From contig JBDTSJ010000095.1 in the NCBI GenBank assembly GCA_039931205.1, forward strand, positions 104 to 64,103: a stretch of DNA of 64,000 bases, in the 5' to 3' direction. Shown here in pieces: positions 16,715 to 26,287 of the stretch. Source of the DNA: Acidobacteriota bacterium (lineage in GTDB: Bacteria; Acidobacteriota; Terriglobia; Bryobacterales; Bryobacteraceae). Within the stretch, counting starts at the first letter, position 1. The number at the start of each line of letters is the position of its first letter. The notes beneath the pieces are model-generated. The model was not told the origin of the DNA. It did no database searches and was given only the letters and a program-made list of their open reading frames with translations. The translations under genes were made by a program, and so were the position numbers.

Positions 16715-16818
16715 ATTGGCGATACCTCACAACCTGCAACCACTCCGCGCTTCGTTACCATTATAGGACCAGTCACCGGACGGCAAGGGACCCTCGTCCG
16801 CTGCGCCGGCAAATCACG

Positions 16819-18051
16819 CTAGCCCCGCGAAAGCAGCAGACTCAGCGTCAGTAAAATCCGTCGCAACCCCAGTTCCCTACCCTCGGGATGAAACCATTCC
16901 GCGGGAGTATGCGCTCCCCCACCCGATCCGCCAGCGCCAATCGAAATAGCGGCCAACCCAAGTGACAAAGGGATATTGGCGTCGGTCGAAGAACAATCCA
17001 AGGCGCTGCGAATTCCTAGATATTGATCGACCGCCGAGACCGCTTCCAATATGGGAGCATCTGCGGCCAGGTCTCCTCCTGGACGCGAGCCAATCTCTTT
17101 CACCCGCGCGCTCACCCGGCCAGTCGCGCGGGCGTTCTCCATCTCCAGGGCCTTTTCCACCGCGGATTGCAGTTGCACGGCCATTCGGTCGATGATGGAC
17201 GCGTCTTCAGACCGCAGGTCCACCTTGGCTCGGGCCTCGGTCGGAATGCAGTTGATACTAGTGCCTCCCTGCACCAGGCCGAAGTTAAAGGACGAACGCG
17301 GGCCGTCCCCCAAACCGGCAGACGCCGGCACCGTCTCCATGAAGCAATGGATGGCGCGGCCAATGGCATGCACCGGGTTTCCCACGCCATGGTCGTTCCA
17401 GCTGTGTCCGCCCGGACCGCTGACCGTTACTTCAAAACGACGGCTAGCCAGTGCCCGGCACGTAATGTGGTCGGTGCTGGGTCCATCCAGAATCAGGAAT
17501 GCCTTGGGCCGAGCGCTATGGGAACGGCACAAATAGCGCATCCCGCTAAGATTGCCTTCGCCTTCCTCACCCACGTTCGCCACCAGCAAGGGCGAAAAAG
17601 GAGCGCCCTCCAACAGCCCCGGTGACTGGTTCCAAAGAGCCGCCAGCGCAAGCAGCGCGGCCAATCCGGCACCGTTATCACTCACCCCAGGCCCTAGAAA
17701 TCGCCCATCCTGCGGGGAAATCGTAATATCCTCGGGCACCCGCGGCGCCAGCACTGTATCCAGGTGCGCCGTGATCGCCACCGAAGCGTCTTCCCGCCGA
17801 CCGGGCAGCGAGGCCAGCACGTTCCCGGCTCGATCCAGGCGAGCCTCCCAGCCTAGATCGCGAAACTGCTCCATTATGTAACTGGCGCGCTTCTCTTCCA
17901 GGAAGGTGAGGGCGGGCACGCGACACAACTTCAGGTGTTGCTCATTGATCCAGGCGCGTTCCTTGCGGAACCACTCTAGCGCAGCCCGAATTGCGGGAGT
18001 GCGCGCCACCTCGGCAACGGAATCCGGTGCTGTTGCAACTACTGGTCGCAT
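16819..18051 (-). CDS. M20-family metallopeptidase/deacylase
   Basis: 410 aa with ..ITAHLDTV.., ..GPGVSDNGAGLAALL.., ..NVGEEGEGNLSG... Confidence 0.75.
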   Translation of the reverse strand: MRPVVATAPDSVAEVARTPAIRAALEWFRKERAWINEQHLKLCRVPALTFLEEKRASYIMEQFRDLGWEARLDRAGNVLASLPGRREDASVAITAHLDTVLAPRVPEDITISPQDGRFLGPGVSDNGAGLAALLALAALWNQSPGLLEGAPFSPLLVANVGEEGEGNLSGMRYLCRSHSARPKAFLILDGPSTDHITCRALASRRFEVTVSGPGGHSWNDHGVGNPVHAIGRAIHCFMETVPASAGLGDGPRSSFNFGLVQGGTSINCIPTEARAKVDLRSEDASIIDRMAVQLQSAVEKALEMENARATGRVSARVKEIGSRPGGDLAADAPILEAVSAVDQYLGIRSALDCSSTDANIPLSLGLAAISIGAGGSGGGAHTPAEWFHPEGRELGLRRILLTLSLLLSRG

Positions 18052-18119
18052 GCGAATCTACAGTCTACCGTGCCTCGCAAGTACCCGCGCCACCGTCCGG
18101 CGCCGAACAGAAAATCGGG

Positions 18120-18530
18120 TCAAATGGAAACACTTGGGTACCGTTTGCGCATCCATTCCACGAAGGCTTCCGGCGCGGCCATAGTGGACAATCTGCCTTG
18201 GCGTACCAATGCCCAGTCATCAAATAGTTTGCAACCCTTAATCTCAGCCAAGGAGGTGGCCGGATCGATGTAGGCAGCAAATTCCAGGTCGACCACTGCG
18301 GATTTGGGGTTCTTCAGGTCGGGTCGGCCGGCTGTGCGGACGGTCGCCAGCCCGACCACCGCCGAAACGCCACCGGAATGATAAATAAAGACTTTGTCCT
18401 CAGGACGCATGGCTAGCAAGGCGCGCACCGCTTGCGGATTAGTGACCCCATCCCAGCAGGTCTGGTGATCTCGTTCCAGATTGCCGATAGAGTAGGTACC
18501 GGGCTCAGTTTTGGCAAGGTAATAGGACAT
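18120..18530 (-). CDS. EVE (PUA-like) domain protein
   Basis: MSYYLAKTEPGTYSI..CWDGVTNPQAVRALLAMRPEDKVFIYHSG... Start set at the internal ATG at 18530. Confidence 0.75.
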   Translation of the reverse strand: MSYYLAKTEPGTYSIGNLERDHQTCWDGVTNPQAVRALLAMRPEDKVFIYHSGGVSAVVGLATVRTAGRPDLKNPKSAVVDLEFAAYIDPATSLAEIKGCKLFDDWALVRQGRLSTMAAPEAFVEWMRKRYPSVSI

Positions 18531-18750
18531 AGTGTTACTTAGCAACTTCCTGGGTCCTGGTACTAGGGTTACTGGACACGACCAAGGATATATAGTTTCA
18601 TCAGTAGTATAAACCGACCCGCACGGAACGGGGGGAGCATTGTGGAGTTCGCGTCTGGAGGCCAGACAGAGTTATGGCCAGACAGGTGTGGGCAATGTTG
18701 CGTTGTACAATGAGAAAAGTGCGCCGACCACGGCCGGAGGATCAAGATAT

Positions 18751-19383
18751 ATGCAAAGCTTCACGAAACTAGCAGTACTTTCCACGTTGCTGGGACTGTC
18801 TGTTTTCACCGCCCTGGGCCAGAATAACCCCCGGCTGCCCGTCATCCCACCGGACCCGTCTTCGCCCGCTGCCATCGATCCCAACTCTGCCCCCAAGGCT
18901 GTGGACAATCGAACCTACGAAATCGGTGTCCAAGACGTGCTACGGATCGAAGTCTACCAGGACGCGAACATGTCCCGGCAGGTGATCATTCGCCCCGACG
19001 GAAAGTTCTCCCTGCCGATGCTGGGGGACGTACAAGCCGAGGGCCTGACCCCGGAACACCTCAAGAAGACTCTCACGGAAGCCTTGACCTCGCTCTACCA
19101 ATCTCCCGACGTCACCATCTCCGTCATGGAGGTTCGGAGCAAGAGCTACCAGATCACCGGCCAAACCATGCGAACCGGAACATTTCCACTGGTGACCCCG
19201 ATCCGCGTCTATCAAGCCCTGGTGCTTGCCGGCGGCTTCCAGGAATGGGCCAGTAGGAAAAAGATCGTCATCATGCGCGGGTCTCAGCGGATCAATTTCA
19301 ATGCGTCCGACTTTGAAAAAGGCAAGAATCTGGAAGCCAATATTTTCCTGCAACCCGAAGACATCGTAGTCGTCCCCCGCTAG
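18751..19383 (+). CDS. polysaccharide export protein (Wza-like: Poly_export plus SLBB)
   Basis: Start set at MQSFTKLAVLSTLLGLSVFTALGQ, which is a signal peptide. Contains ..YEIGVQDVLRIEVY..IRPDGKFSLPMLGDVQAEGLT... Confidence 0.8.
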   Translation: MQSFTKLAVLSTLLGLSVFTALGQNNPRLPVIPPDPSSPAAIDPNSAPKAVDNRTYEIGVQDVLRIEVYQDANMSRQVIIRPDGKFSLPMLGDVQAEGLTPEHLKKTLTEALTSLYQSPDVTISVMEVRSKSYQITGQTMRTGTFPLVTPIRVYQALVLAGGFQEWASRKKIVIMRGSQRINFNASDFEKGKNLEANIFLQPEDIVVVPR

Positions 19384-19436
19384 GGTTTGGACGAGAGACC
19401 ATCAGAGTTTAGAGATCGCCGAGGAATCACAAGAAC

Positions 19437-21092
19437 ATGCAACCCACCGAAGGCTTTAGCGTACAACGACGGGCGCTGGATGTAGAGGACTACATCGACA
19501 TTCTGCGCCGCCACAAGGGCTGGATTTTTGGACCCTTTCTGCTGACGCTGGTGGGCAGCGTTGTGGGCGCCTACTTATGGCCGGACAGCTACGATTCGGT
19601 ATCGCTAGTCCAAATTCGGCGTCAACAGGTCTCCGAGCAAATGGTGCAATCCGTGGGCAACGCGGATATCTTGGACCGCATCAACGTGCTCACGAACCAG
19701 GTAATGAGCCGCAGCGAATTAACCACGCTGATGCGCAACCTCAACCTGTACCCGAAAGAACGCACTACGCAACCACCTGAGCAAGTGCTGCAGCGAATGA
19801 AGGATGCCATTAAGATTCAGCCTCTAGGCAGTACGGTAGGGCCTCGCGGCGTTCCGGCCTTCTCAGTGAAGTTCTCCTACCCCAATCGCTTCGATGCCCA
19901 AAAGCTGGTGTTGGCTCTGGTGACCAAGTTCATCGACGAAGACGTCAAAGCCCGGGACAGCACCTCCTTCATGACCAAGTCCTTCATCCAGGACCAGACG
20001 GAGCAGGCCAAGAAACGGCTGGACGAAATCGAGGCCAAGATCACCTCGTTCCGTACCCAGAATCAGGGGCGTTTGCCGGACCAGTTAAATTCCAACATGA
20101 GCGCGCTGCAGACCGCCCAGTCTCAAATGACTTATCTGTCCACATCTTCCGGTCGCGCGGCCAGTGAAAGACTACAGTACGAAACAGCTATCCAAAACGC
20201 CAAAGATCAGATTAGCGCCCTGACTCGTGAGAGTCAGACCGTCGCCACCAACACGAAGGCCGGAAAGAGCGCCAAGGTGGTGTCGGCCGAAAACACCCTT
20301 GAGCAACTCGAAACACAACTCAGCGTCAATCTGAAACAGTTCACAGAAGCCCATCCTGATGTGAAGAGAGTTAGGTCGATGATTGCCATAGCGGAGCAGA
20401 AGCTTGCGGAAGCCCAGGCTCAGGAAGCCGCACAGAAGAAGGATGAGCCTGCTGCTGCCGCTCCTCCTATCAACTTCGAGCGGGCCCAGCAAATCCGCAA
20501 CTTCGAAGGCCAGATTCGCCAATATGAATCCGCGATCGAAATTAAGAACAAAGAAATCGCCGACTTCGAAAAGCAGATGAAGCAGGCCAGCGACCAGATC
20601 AGCGTCATCAGTTCCCGCGTCCAGGCCATGCCGGTGGGCGATCAACTGTGGGGCGACCTGGTGCGCGAACAGGTCATGGCCAAAGAAGAATACATGAAGA
20701 TGAGCGACAATCTGCGTAAATCGCAGGTTGCCGTGGACTTGGACAACCGCAGCCAAGGCGAGAAATTGGAATTACTCGACGCGGCGAACTTGCCGGAAGA
20801 ACCCACCGATCCCAACCGGCCGATGGTCATTTCCATGGGAGCCGCGCTGGGTCTGGTGTTGGGCGTCGTACTCGCCGGTGCCCGAGAAATGAAAGACACG
20901 TCGCTCAAGAACTTGAAGGACGTACGCGCTTACACCCAGATGGCGATTCTTGGCAGCGTGCCGCTGCTGGAAAACGATTTCGTTGTACGCCGGCGCAGGC
21001 GCATTGCCTGGCTGGGATGGACCGTTGCTTGCCTGCTGTCCGTGCTTATCATGGCAGGCTCCGTTGTCTACTATTACCAAACAAAGCCGTAG
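19437..21092 (+). CDS. polysaccharide chain-length determinant / co-polymerase (Wzz/GumC family)
   Basis: 551 aa. An N-terminal TM segment is followed by a long coiled-coil periplasmic region and C-terminal TM segments. Confidence 0.75.
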   Translation: MQPTEGFSVQRRALDVEDYIDILRRHKGWIFGPFLLTLVGSVVGAYLWPDSYDSVSLVQIRRQQVSEQMVQSVGNADILDRINVLTNQVMSRSELTTLMRNLNLYPKERTTQPPEQVLQRMKDAIKIQPLGSTVGPRGVPAFSVKFSYPNRFDAQKLVLALVTKFIDEDVKARDSTSFMTKSFIQDQTEQAKKRLDEIEAKITSFRTQNQGRLPDQLNSNMSALQTAQSQMTYLSTSSGRAASERLQYETAIQNAKDQISALTRESQTVATNTKAGKSAKVVSAENTLEQLETQLSVNLKQFTEAHPDVKRVRSMIAIAEQKLAEAQAQEAAQKKDEPAAAAPPINFERAQQIRNFEGQIRQYESAIEIKNKEIADFEKQMKQASDQISVISSRVQAMPVGDQLWGDLVREQVMAKEEYMKMSDNLRKSQVAVDLDNRSQGEKLELLDAANLPEEPTDPNRPMVISMGAALGLVLGVVLAGAREMKDTSLKNLKDVRAYTQMAILGSVPLLENDFVVRRRRRIAWLGWTVACLLSVLIMAGSVVYYYQTKP

Positions 21093-21142
21093 CCGGCCGA
21101 GTAAACTGAATCTGAACGGGCGATTACCCACGGAGGGTTTCC

Positions 21143-22045
21143 ATGAGCCGAGTACATGATGCATTACGCCGCGCGGAACAAAGCGGCCTGCTTTCTTCGC
21201 AGCCAGTTCGATCGGCGGCGGACCAGCGCACCGCTCCCACCGCGGCCGTGATGGACCCCGGCCTGAATGTTTCAGGCCTGCTGGAACTGGTGAAGGAGAT
21301 TCCCTTCCGGACCGCTACCGATTCCTTGCTGATCGACGCCGCGCGTCCGCACGAAGCGCCCATGGAAGAGTTCCGTACCCTACGCACGCGGCTCAACCAC
21401 ATGAAGAGCCTGCAACCCATCCACACCGTGGTGGTCAGCAGTCCTTCGCCCGCGGAAGGCAAGTCGCTTTCGGCCGCGAACCTTGCATTGGCGCAGTCGC
21501 ACCTCAACGGCAACACAACGCTGCTCGCCGACTTCGATTTCCGCCGTCCCATCGTCCACACACTCTTCGGAGTGGACCGTAGCCCCGGCATCACCGATTA
21601 CCTGCTGGGCAAAGTTCCGCTGCATGAGGCCATGCGCAAGGTGGCGGGAACGAATCTATACATCATGCCCGCCGGCGAAGCCGTGTTGAATCCGCTGGAG
21701 CTATTGAACCTGCGGGAAGTGAAACAAATGCTGGACCGGCTGCCCTCACTCTTCCAATGGGTGATCATGGACAGTCCTCCGCTGCTGTTTGCCGCCGACG
21801 CGAACCTGCTCTCGACCATGAGTCATGGAACTTTGCTGGTGGTCCGCATCGGTCACACCACCATCGATTCCATCACGCGCGCCATGCAGAGCCTGTGTAA
21901 CAACAACGTGCTCGGCATCGTGGTGAACGGGGCCCGCCGCGGTGAATTGTACAGTAAGTACACGTATTATCACTCCTACTACACACCCAAGGAAGGCGCG
22001 CCCGTGGATGGCGACGCCGCCGAAGCCGACGTCGAAGGAGAGTAG
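21143..22045 (+). CDS. bacterial tyrosine (BY) autokinase, cytoplasmic ATPase component
   Basis: Walker A SSPSPAEGKS, Walker A' LLADFDFRRP and Walker B VIMDSPP. The C-terminal tyrosine cluster is YSKYTYYHSYY. Confidence 0.8.
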   Translation: MSRVHDALRRAEQSGLLSSQPVRSAADQRTAPTAAVMDPGLNVSGLLELVKEIPFRTATDSLLIDAARPHEAPMEEFRTLRTRLNHMKSLQPIHTVVVSSPSPAEGKSLSAANLALAQSHLNGNTTLLADFDFRRPIVHTLFGVDRSPGITDYLLGKVPLHEAMRKVAGTNLYIMPAGEAVLNPLELLNLREVKQMLDRLPSLFQWVIMDSPPLLFAADANLLSTMSHGTLLVVRIGHTTIDSITRAMQSLCNNNVLGIVVNGARRGELYSKYTYYHSYYTPKEGAPVDGDAAEADVEGE

Positions 22046-22074
22046 CTCCCGCTACATTTGCGCCATAATACGTT

Positions 22075-23235
22075 ATGGGCAAGCGCATTGGAATTTTAAC
22101 CGGCGGCGGCGACGTCCCGGGGCTGAATTCCGTCATCAAGGAAGTGGTTTACCGCAGCACCGAAAACCGCTACGAAGTCTTTGGGATTCGTCGCGGCTGG
22201 GAGGGCTTGACGCACGTCAATCTCGACGACCCTGCGAGCAAAGCCAACTATATCCGTCCCCTGGACCGTTCCAACACACGCACCATCGACCGTTTCGGCG
22301 GCACCATTCTGCACGCCAGCCGCACCAATCCATCGCGCATGAAGAAGTTGCCGGACTTCCTCACACCCGAAAATTTCCCCAAGAACGGCAGCACCTGGGA
22401 CGTCAGCTCGCAGGTGCTCAATAACCTGGACCAGCTAGGCATCGATCACCTGATCACCATCGGCGGCGACGACACGCTGGCCTACGCGGCCAAGCTCGAC
22501 AAGCTGGGCGTGAAGGTCACCGCTATTCCCAAGACCATGGACAATGACGTGCGCAACACCGAGTATTGCGTCGGCTTCTCCACCGCGATCACACGGGCCA
22601 CCGGGGCCATCCAGCGGCAACGCACCACCGTCGGATCGCATGAGCGCGTCGGAATCTTCCGCGTCTTCGGCCGCGATGCCGGCTATACCGCTCTCTACAC
22701 TGCATACACTACCTCCATCCGCTGTTGCATTCCGGAATTCGAAGTGAACCTGGCGAAGTTGATCGACCTGCTGCTGGTCGAGAAGAAGAGTACGTCCAGT
22801 AACTACGTGTTGGTGGTGCTGTCCGAAGGCGCGCACTGGCAGGGTTACCAGGTGATGGAATACGGCGAGCCCGACGCCTTCGGCCACCGCCGCAAAGCCA
22901 GCGTAGCCGAAGCCTTGAGCAACGAAATCGGCCGCCGCACGGGAGAAGAAAGCATCGTCAGCGATCTCACCTATGACCTGCGCAGCGGCGAGCCTGACTT
23001 CGTGGACAAGATGATCGCCGCTACCTTCGGCAACATCGCCATGGATGCCGTGCTGGCCGGGCGCAGCGGTTTGATGGCTGCCATCGTAGGCGGCTGTTAC
23101 ACCTTGGCGCCGATGCCGGATCCAGCCCTTGGTCCGCGCCGCGTGGACGTCGAGACGATGTACAACACCGATCGCTACCGCCCCAAATACTCCGACAAGC
23201 TCGGCCTGCCTGTATTCCTGACCCGCGCGGACTAA
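22075..23235 (+). CDS. pfk: 6-phosphofructokinase (ATP- or PPi-dependent)
   Basis: MGKRIGILTGGGDVPGLN.., ..IGGDDT.., ..IPKTMDNDV... Confidence 0.85.
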   Translation: MGKRIGILTGGGDVPGLNSVIKEVVYRSTENRYEVFGIRRGWEGLTHVNLDDPASKANYIRPLDRSNTRTIDRFGGTILHASRTNPSRMKKLPDFLTPENFPKNGSTWDVSSQVLNNLDQLGIDHLITIGGDDTLAYAAKLDKLGVKVTAIPKTMDNDVRNTEYCVGFSTAITRATGAIQRQRTTVGSHERVGIFRVFGRDAGYTALYTAYTTSIRCCIPEFEVNLAKLIDLLLVEKKSTSSNYVLVVLSEGAHWQGYQVMEYGEPDAFGHRRKASVAEALSNEIGRRTGEESIVSDLTYDLRSGEPDFVDKMIAATFGNIAMDAVLAGRSGLMAAIVGGCYTLAPMPDPALGPRRVDVETMYNTDRYRPKYSDKLGLPVFLTRAD

Positions 23236-23244
23236 GCGCCAGCT

Positions 23245-23892
23245 ATGGGCCTTCTGGATCGTCTTCTGGGCCGTGCAAGAACCACCCCGGCCACGCCCGC
23301 CGATCCGGCCGCCATTCGCGACTACTTCAATCGCGCCGCGGCGGATGAGGAGCACTACCCTTCCACCATCGACCCGCGGATCCTGCACGTGCGCTGTGTC
23401 CTGGAACACCTGGGGAACCTGGATGGCCGCTCCGTTGCGGACGTCGGCTGCGGTAAGGGCCGCTTCGCCCGCATCGTCAAGGAACGCTACCCTTCCGCCA
23501 CGGTGGTCGCGCTGGACCTGGCAGAGGCCATGTTGCATAGCGTGCCCCAGGGAATTCACCGCGTGGCCGCCAGTATGACCCAACTACCCTTGGCCACGGC
23601 GTCGGTGGACGGAGCCTATGCCACCGAATCCCTGGAACACGCCGTGGATATCGAACAGGCCGTAGCCGAACTCGCCCGTATCGTCAAACCCGGCGGTGGC
23701 ATCGTCATTATCGACAAGAACGCGGCTGCTTGGGGCAAGCTCGAAACTCCCTCTTGGGAACGGTGGTTTGGCCAACAGCAGTTGGAAGATATGTTGCGCC
23801 GGCACTGCTCCTCAGTGACCAGCCATCCCATTTCTTATTGGGAAGACGTGGCTCCGGATGGCCTGTTCCTGGCTTGGCTGGCAAGGAAATAG
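23245..23892 (+). CDS. class I SAM-dependent methyltransferase
   Basis: Motif I VADVGCGKGRFA. Further on, ..ALDLAEAML.. and ..VKPGGGIVIIDKN... Confidence 0.75.
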   Translation: MGLLDRLLGRARTTPATPADPAAIRDYFNRAAADEEHYPSTIDPRILHVRCVLEHLGNLDGRSVADVGCGKGRFARIVKERYPSATVVALDLAEAMLHSVPQGIHRVAASMTQLPLATASVDGAYATESLEHAVDIEQAVAELARIVKPGGGIVIIDKNAAAWGKLETPSWERWFGQQQLEDMLRRHCSSVTSHPISYWEDVAPDGLFLAWLARK

Positions 23893-24012
23893 AACTTGCT
23901 CCTGACACGAATAGTACGGATCTACCAGCCCACTCCCGCCCACTGGTACCGTCCAGAAATGGGTTAGTGCGTCTATTCCTTCAATCGATTCTTCTGTTTA
24001 GAATCGAGTTTC

Positions 24013-24801
24013 ATGCCAACCGGCCCAATTGACCTCCAGGTAATTGTCACGATAGCCCTGATGCTATCCGCCGCCGTCGTGGCCTTGGCCTGCGATTATC
24101 TCCGGCACAATTATCTGCAGCTCCAGAGCCAACTCGATACAATCGAACCCCGCCAACCGTCGGAAGCCTCCGTTCTGCACACCCTGGCTCCGCAGATCCG
24201 CGAAGTTGCGGCGGTCGCCCCAGTCGCGCGATCCGCAACCAAGCTCTCCGGGGTTGCCCAGTCCGATCGCCGCGCACCCTCCGCCGGAGCGCTCGCTGCC
24301 ATGGCCCGCGGCGCGAATATGGCCCCCACGACTACCGTCAGACCTATCGGCCAGCCGAATACTGCCGCGAATGAGGAGAGCTTGCCCCAAGGGTTCCATG
24401 ACACTCAGATCCTGCACCGCATGATCCACTCACAACGCCCCATCACCGGATTAGTAGTCTCCATTGGCATGCACAGTACGCTGGCAAGCCGCCCAACGCC
24501 TCCAGTTCCGATGGACCAACTCATTCGAGAGCTGCTGGGTCCGTCTGATTTCGCTGCGGCCTACTCCGACCATGAGTTCGTGCTTATATTGCCCAAGGAA
24601 TACGGATCTTCCGCCCAGCGGCGTCTCGCTCAGATCTCTCTAAAACTGCAGCCCCTGGCGTTCAGCCTGGGAAGTAGGGAAGCCCGCGAGGAACCTCTGA
24701 ATCAAGCGGTCGCGACGGCCAGCGAGCGGATGCGGGAAGCCCGGCGAGGTCGCAAACTACCGGCCAGCGCAGCGGCAAAGCAACTGCGGGCCGCAGTTTG
24801 A
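24013..24801 (+). CDS. membrane-anchored hypothetical protein with a possible degenerate GGDEF-like C-terminal domain
   Basis: One N-terminal TM segment. The C-terminal ..ITGLVVSIGMH..AAAYSDHEFVLILPKEYGSSAQRRLAQIS.. resembles the ..tGl..lDiD....RyGGDEFvillp....A...a..i.. pattern but lacks GGDEF and the metal-binding residues. Confidence 0.5.
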   Translation: MPTGPIDLQVIVTIALMLSAAVVALACDYLRHNYLQLQSQLDTIEPRQPSEASVLHTLAPQIREVAAVAPVARSATKLSGVAQSDRRAPSAGALAAMARGANMAPTTTVRPIGQPNTAANEESLPQGFHDTQILHRMIHSQRPITGLVVSIGMHSTLASRPTPPVPMDQLIRELLGPSDFAAAYSDHEFVLILPKEYGSSAQRRLAQISLKLQPLAFSLGSREAREEPLNQAVATASERMREARRGRKLPASAAAKQLRAAV

Positions 24802-24819
24802 CCAGCCGCCCCGGCGGCG

Positions 24820-25407
24820 CTACTTCTTTTTGTCAGCCTTGCGCCCCACGCCAAACATCCTGCCCACAGAACGGACGATGCGGCCGGTTCGTCCAGGGGC
24901 TTGATCCGATTCCTCCACTTTAGCTTTGCTGGACGCGGAGGGCGGCGGCGCGATGACCACGGGAGCGGGCACAACAACAGCCGGACTAGCCACAAATGCG
25001 GCGGGTTGAACCGTTAATAGGGCGGGCGGTTCCGCCAAAGCTGCAGCGGGCTGCGGACCCACGGGCACGGGCACTCCGGCGTTGGGGTTGGGGGCCGACA
25101 GCGGGATCGGGACGGGTACCGGAATAGTCTCCACGCGTTTAGGAGCTTTGGGACGCGCAGCCCTACCGGATGGCGCCGGCGAGCCCTCCACGGTCGGCGG
25201 GAGCACGATTTCGGAAAGAGGAGTTACTTCCACTATTGCCGGTTCCCCAACCTGCGCGGCCACCGGCACGGGCGGCTTGGCGTCCGCCGGATTTAGTTGA
25301 ATGATGCGGAACGCAGTCACCAGCAGCAATCCTACAACCGCTAGAATTCCCGCCCAGCGGATGCCGCGGAGCACATCTGTACGAATACCGTTCGTCTGAA
25401 CTTTCAT
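24820..25407 (-). CDS. Pro/Ala/Val-rich membrane-anchored hypothetical protein
   Basis: 195 aa with one TM segment (WAGILAVVGLLLVTAF), a low-complexity P/A/V-rich ectodomain and a basic C-terminus. The coding call is supported mainly by ORF length and position. Confidence 0.45.
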   Translation of the reverse strand: MKVQTNGIRTDVLRGIRWAGILAVVGLLLVTAFRIIQLNPADAKPPVPVAAQVGEPAIVEVTPLSEIVLPPTVEGSPAPSGRAARPKAPKRVETIPVPVPIPLSAPNPNAGVPVPVGPQPAAALAEPPALLTVQPAAFVASPAVVVPAPVVIAPPPSASSKAKVEESDQAPGRTGRIVRSVGRMFGVGRKADKKK

Positions 25408-25467
25408 CTAAGTGCAAATCGGCGGATCGGGCGTTCCGGCCCAGACGGGCTTTTGCCTTAGGCCGTC

Positions 25468-26205
25468 CTACTTGAACATCTTGAAAAGGCGGCCCAGCGG
25501 GTCGTAGTACTCGTCCACAATCCGCTCTTTGAGCGGAATGATGGCGTTATCGGTGATCTTGATCTCTTCCGGGCACACCTTCGTGCAGCATTTGGTGATA
25601 TTGCAATAGCCGATATTGAAGTCGTCTTTGAGGGCCTTGAGCCGGTCCCCGGTATCCAGAGGGTTCATTTCCAGCTGCGCGGCGTAGATCAGGAAACGCG
25701 GACCGATAAACTCATCGTGTTTGTCGTGATCGCGCAGCACGTGACACACGTCCTGGCAGAGGAAACATTCGATGCACTTGCGGAACTCCTGCGGCCGGTC
25801 CACATCGGCCTGCTGCATACGCCATGTCCCATCGGCGGCATCCGGCTTGCGCGGAGTAAATTTCTGGATCTTCTTCTTCACCCGATAATTCCAGCTAACG
25901 TCGGTGACCAGGTCTTTGACGTGCGGAAACGTCTTCATCGGCTCCACCGTGACCGGCTGGTCCAAATCTAATTGGTTCAAGCGCGTCATGCACATCAACC
26001 GCGGCTTGCCGTTGATCTCTGCCGAGCACGATCCGCACTTACCGGCCTTACAGTTCCACCGAACCGCCATATCATTCGCATCCGAGGCCTGAATCTTGTG
26101 CACCACGTCCAGCACGACCATACCGGCTTCCACTTCGGTCTTGTACTCGACGAATTTCCCGCCGCCGCGCTCGCCACGCCAGATCTGAAAGGTTGCGGTA
26201 GACAT
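25468..26205 (-). CDS. sdhB: succinate dehydrogenase / fumarate reductase iron-sulfur subunit
   Basis: Cys clusters CKAGKCGSCSAEING, CIECFLCQDVC and CTKVCP. Start set at MSTATFQIW, preceded by a GAAGGAG Shine-Dalgarno motif. Confidence 0.85.
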   Translation of the reverse strand: MSTATFQIWRGERGGGKFVEYKTEVEAGMVVLDVVHKIQASDANDMAVRWNCKAGKCGSCSAEINGKPRLMCMTRLNQLDLDQPVTVEPMKTFPHVKDLVTDVSWNYRVKKKIQKFTPRKPDAADGTWRMQQADVDRPQEFRKCIECFLCQDVCHVLRDHDKHDEFIGPRFLIYAAQLEMNPLDTGDRLKALKDDFNIGYCNITKCCTKVCPEEIKITDNAIIPLKERIVDEYYDPLGRLFKMFK

Positions 26206-26287
26206 CAGATGGTCTCCTTCACGCGCACAACGAAGCGCCGCGCCACCATGCGGCCAAGCGAAAAGGTCTGCGCGGCGCTCTGTGCGC

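Noticed and set aside
22435-23583. 382-aa ORF antisense to pfk and the methyltransferase gene
   Set aside because: It overlaps two well-supported genes. Composition is dominated by G/A/R/V/H with no motifs. High-GC shadow ORF.
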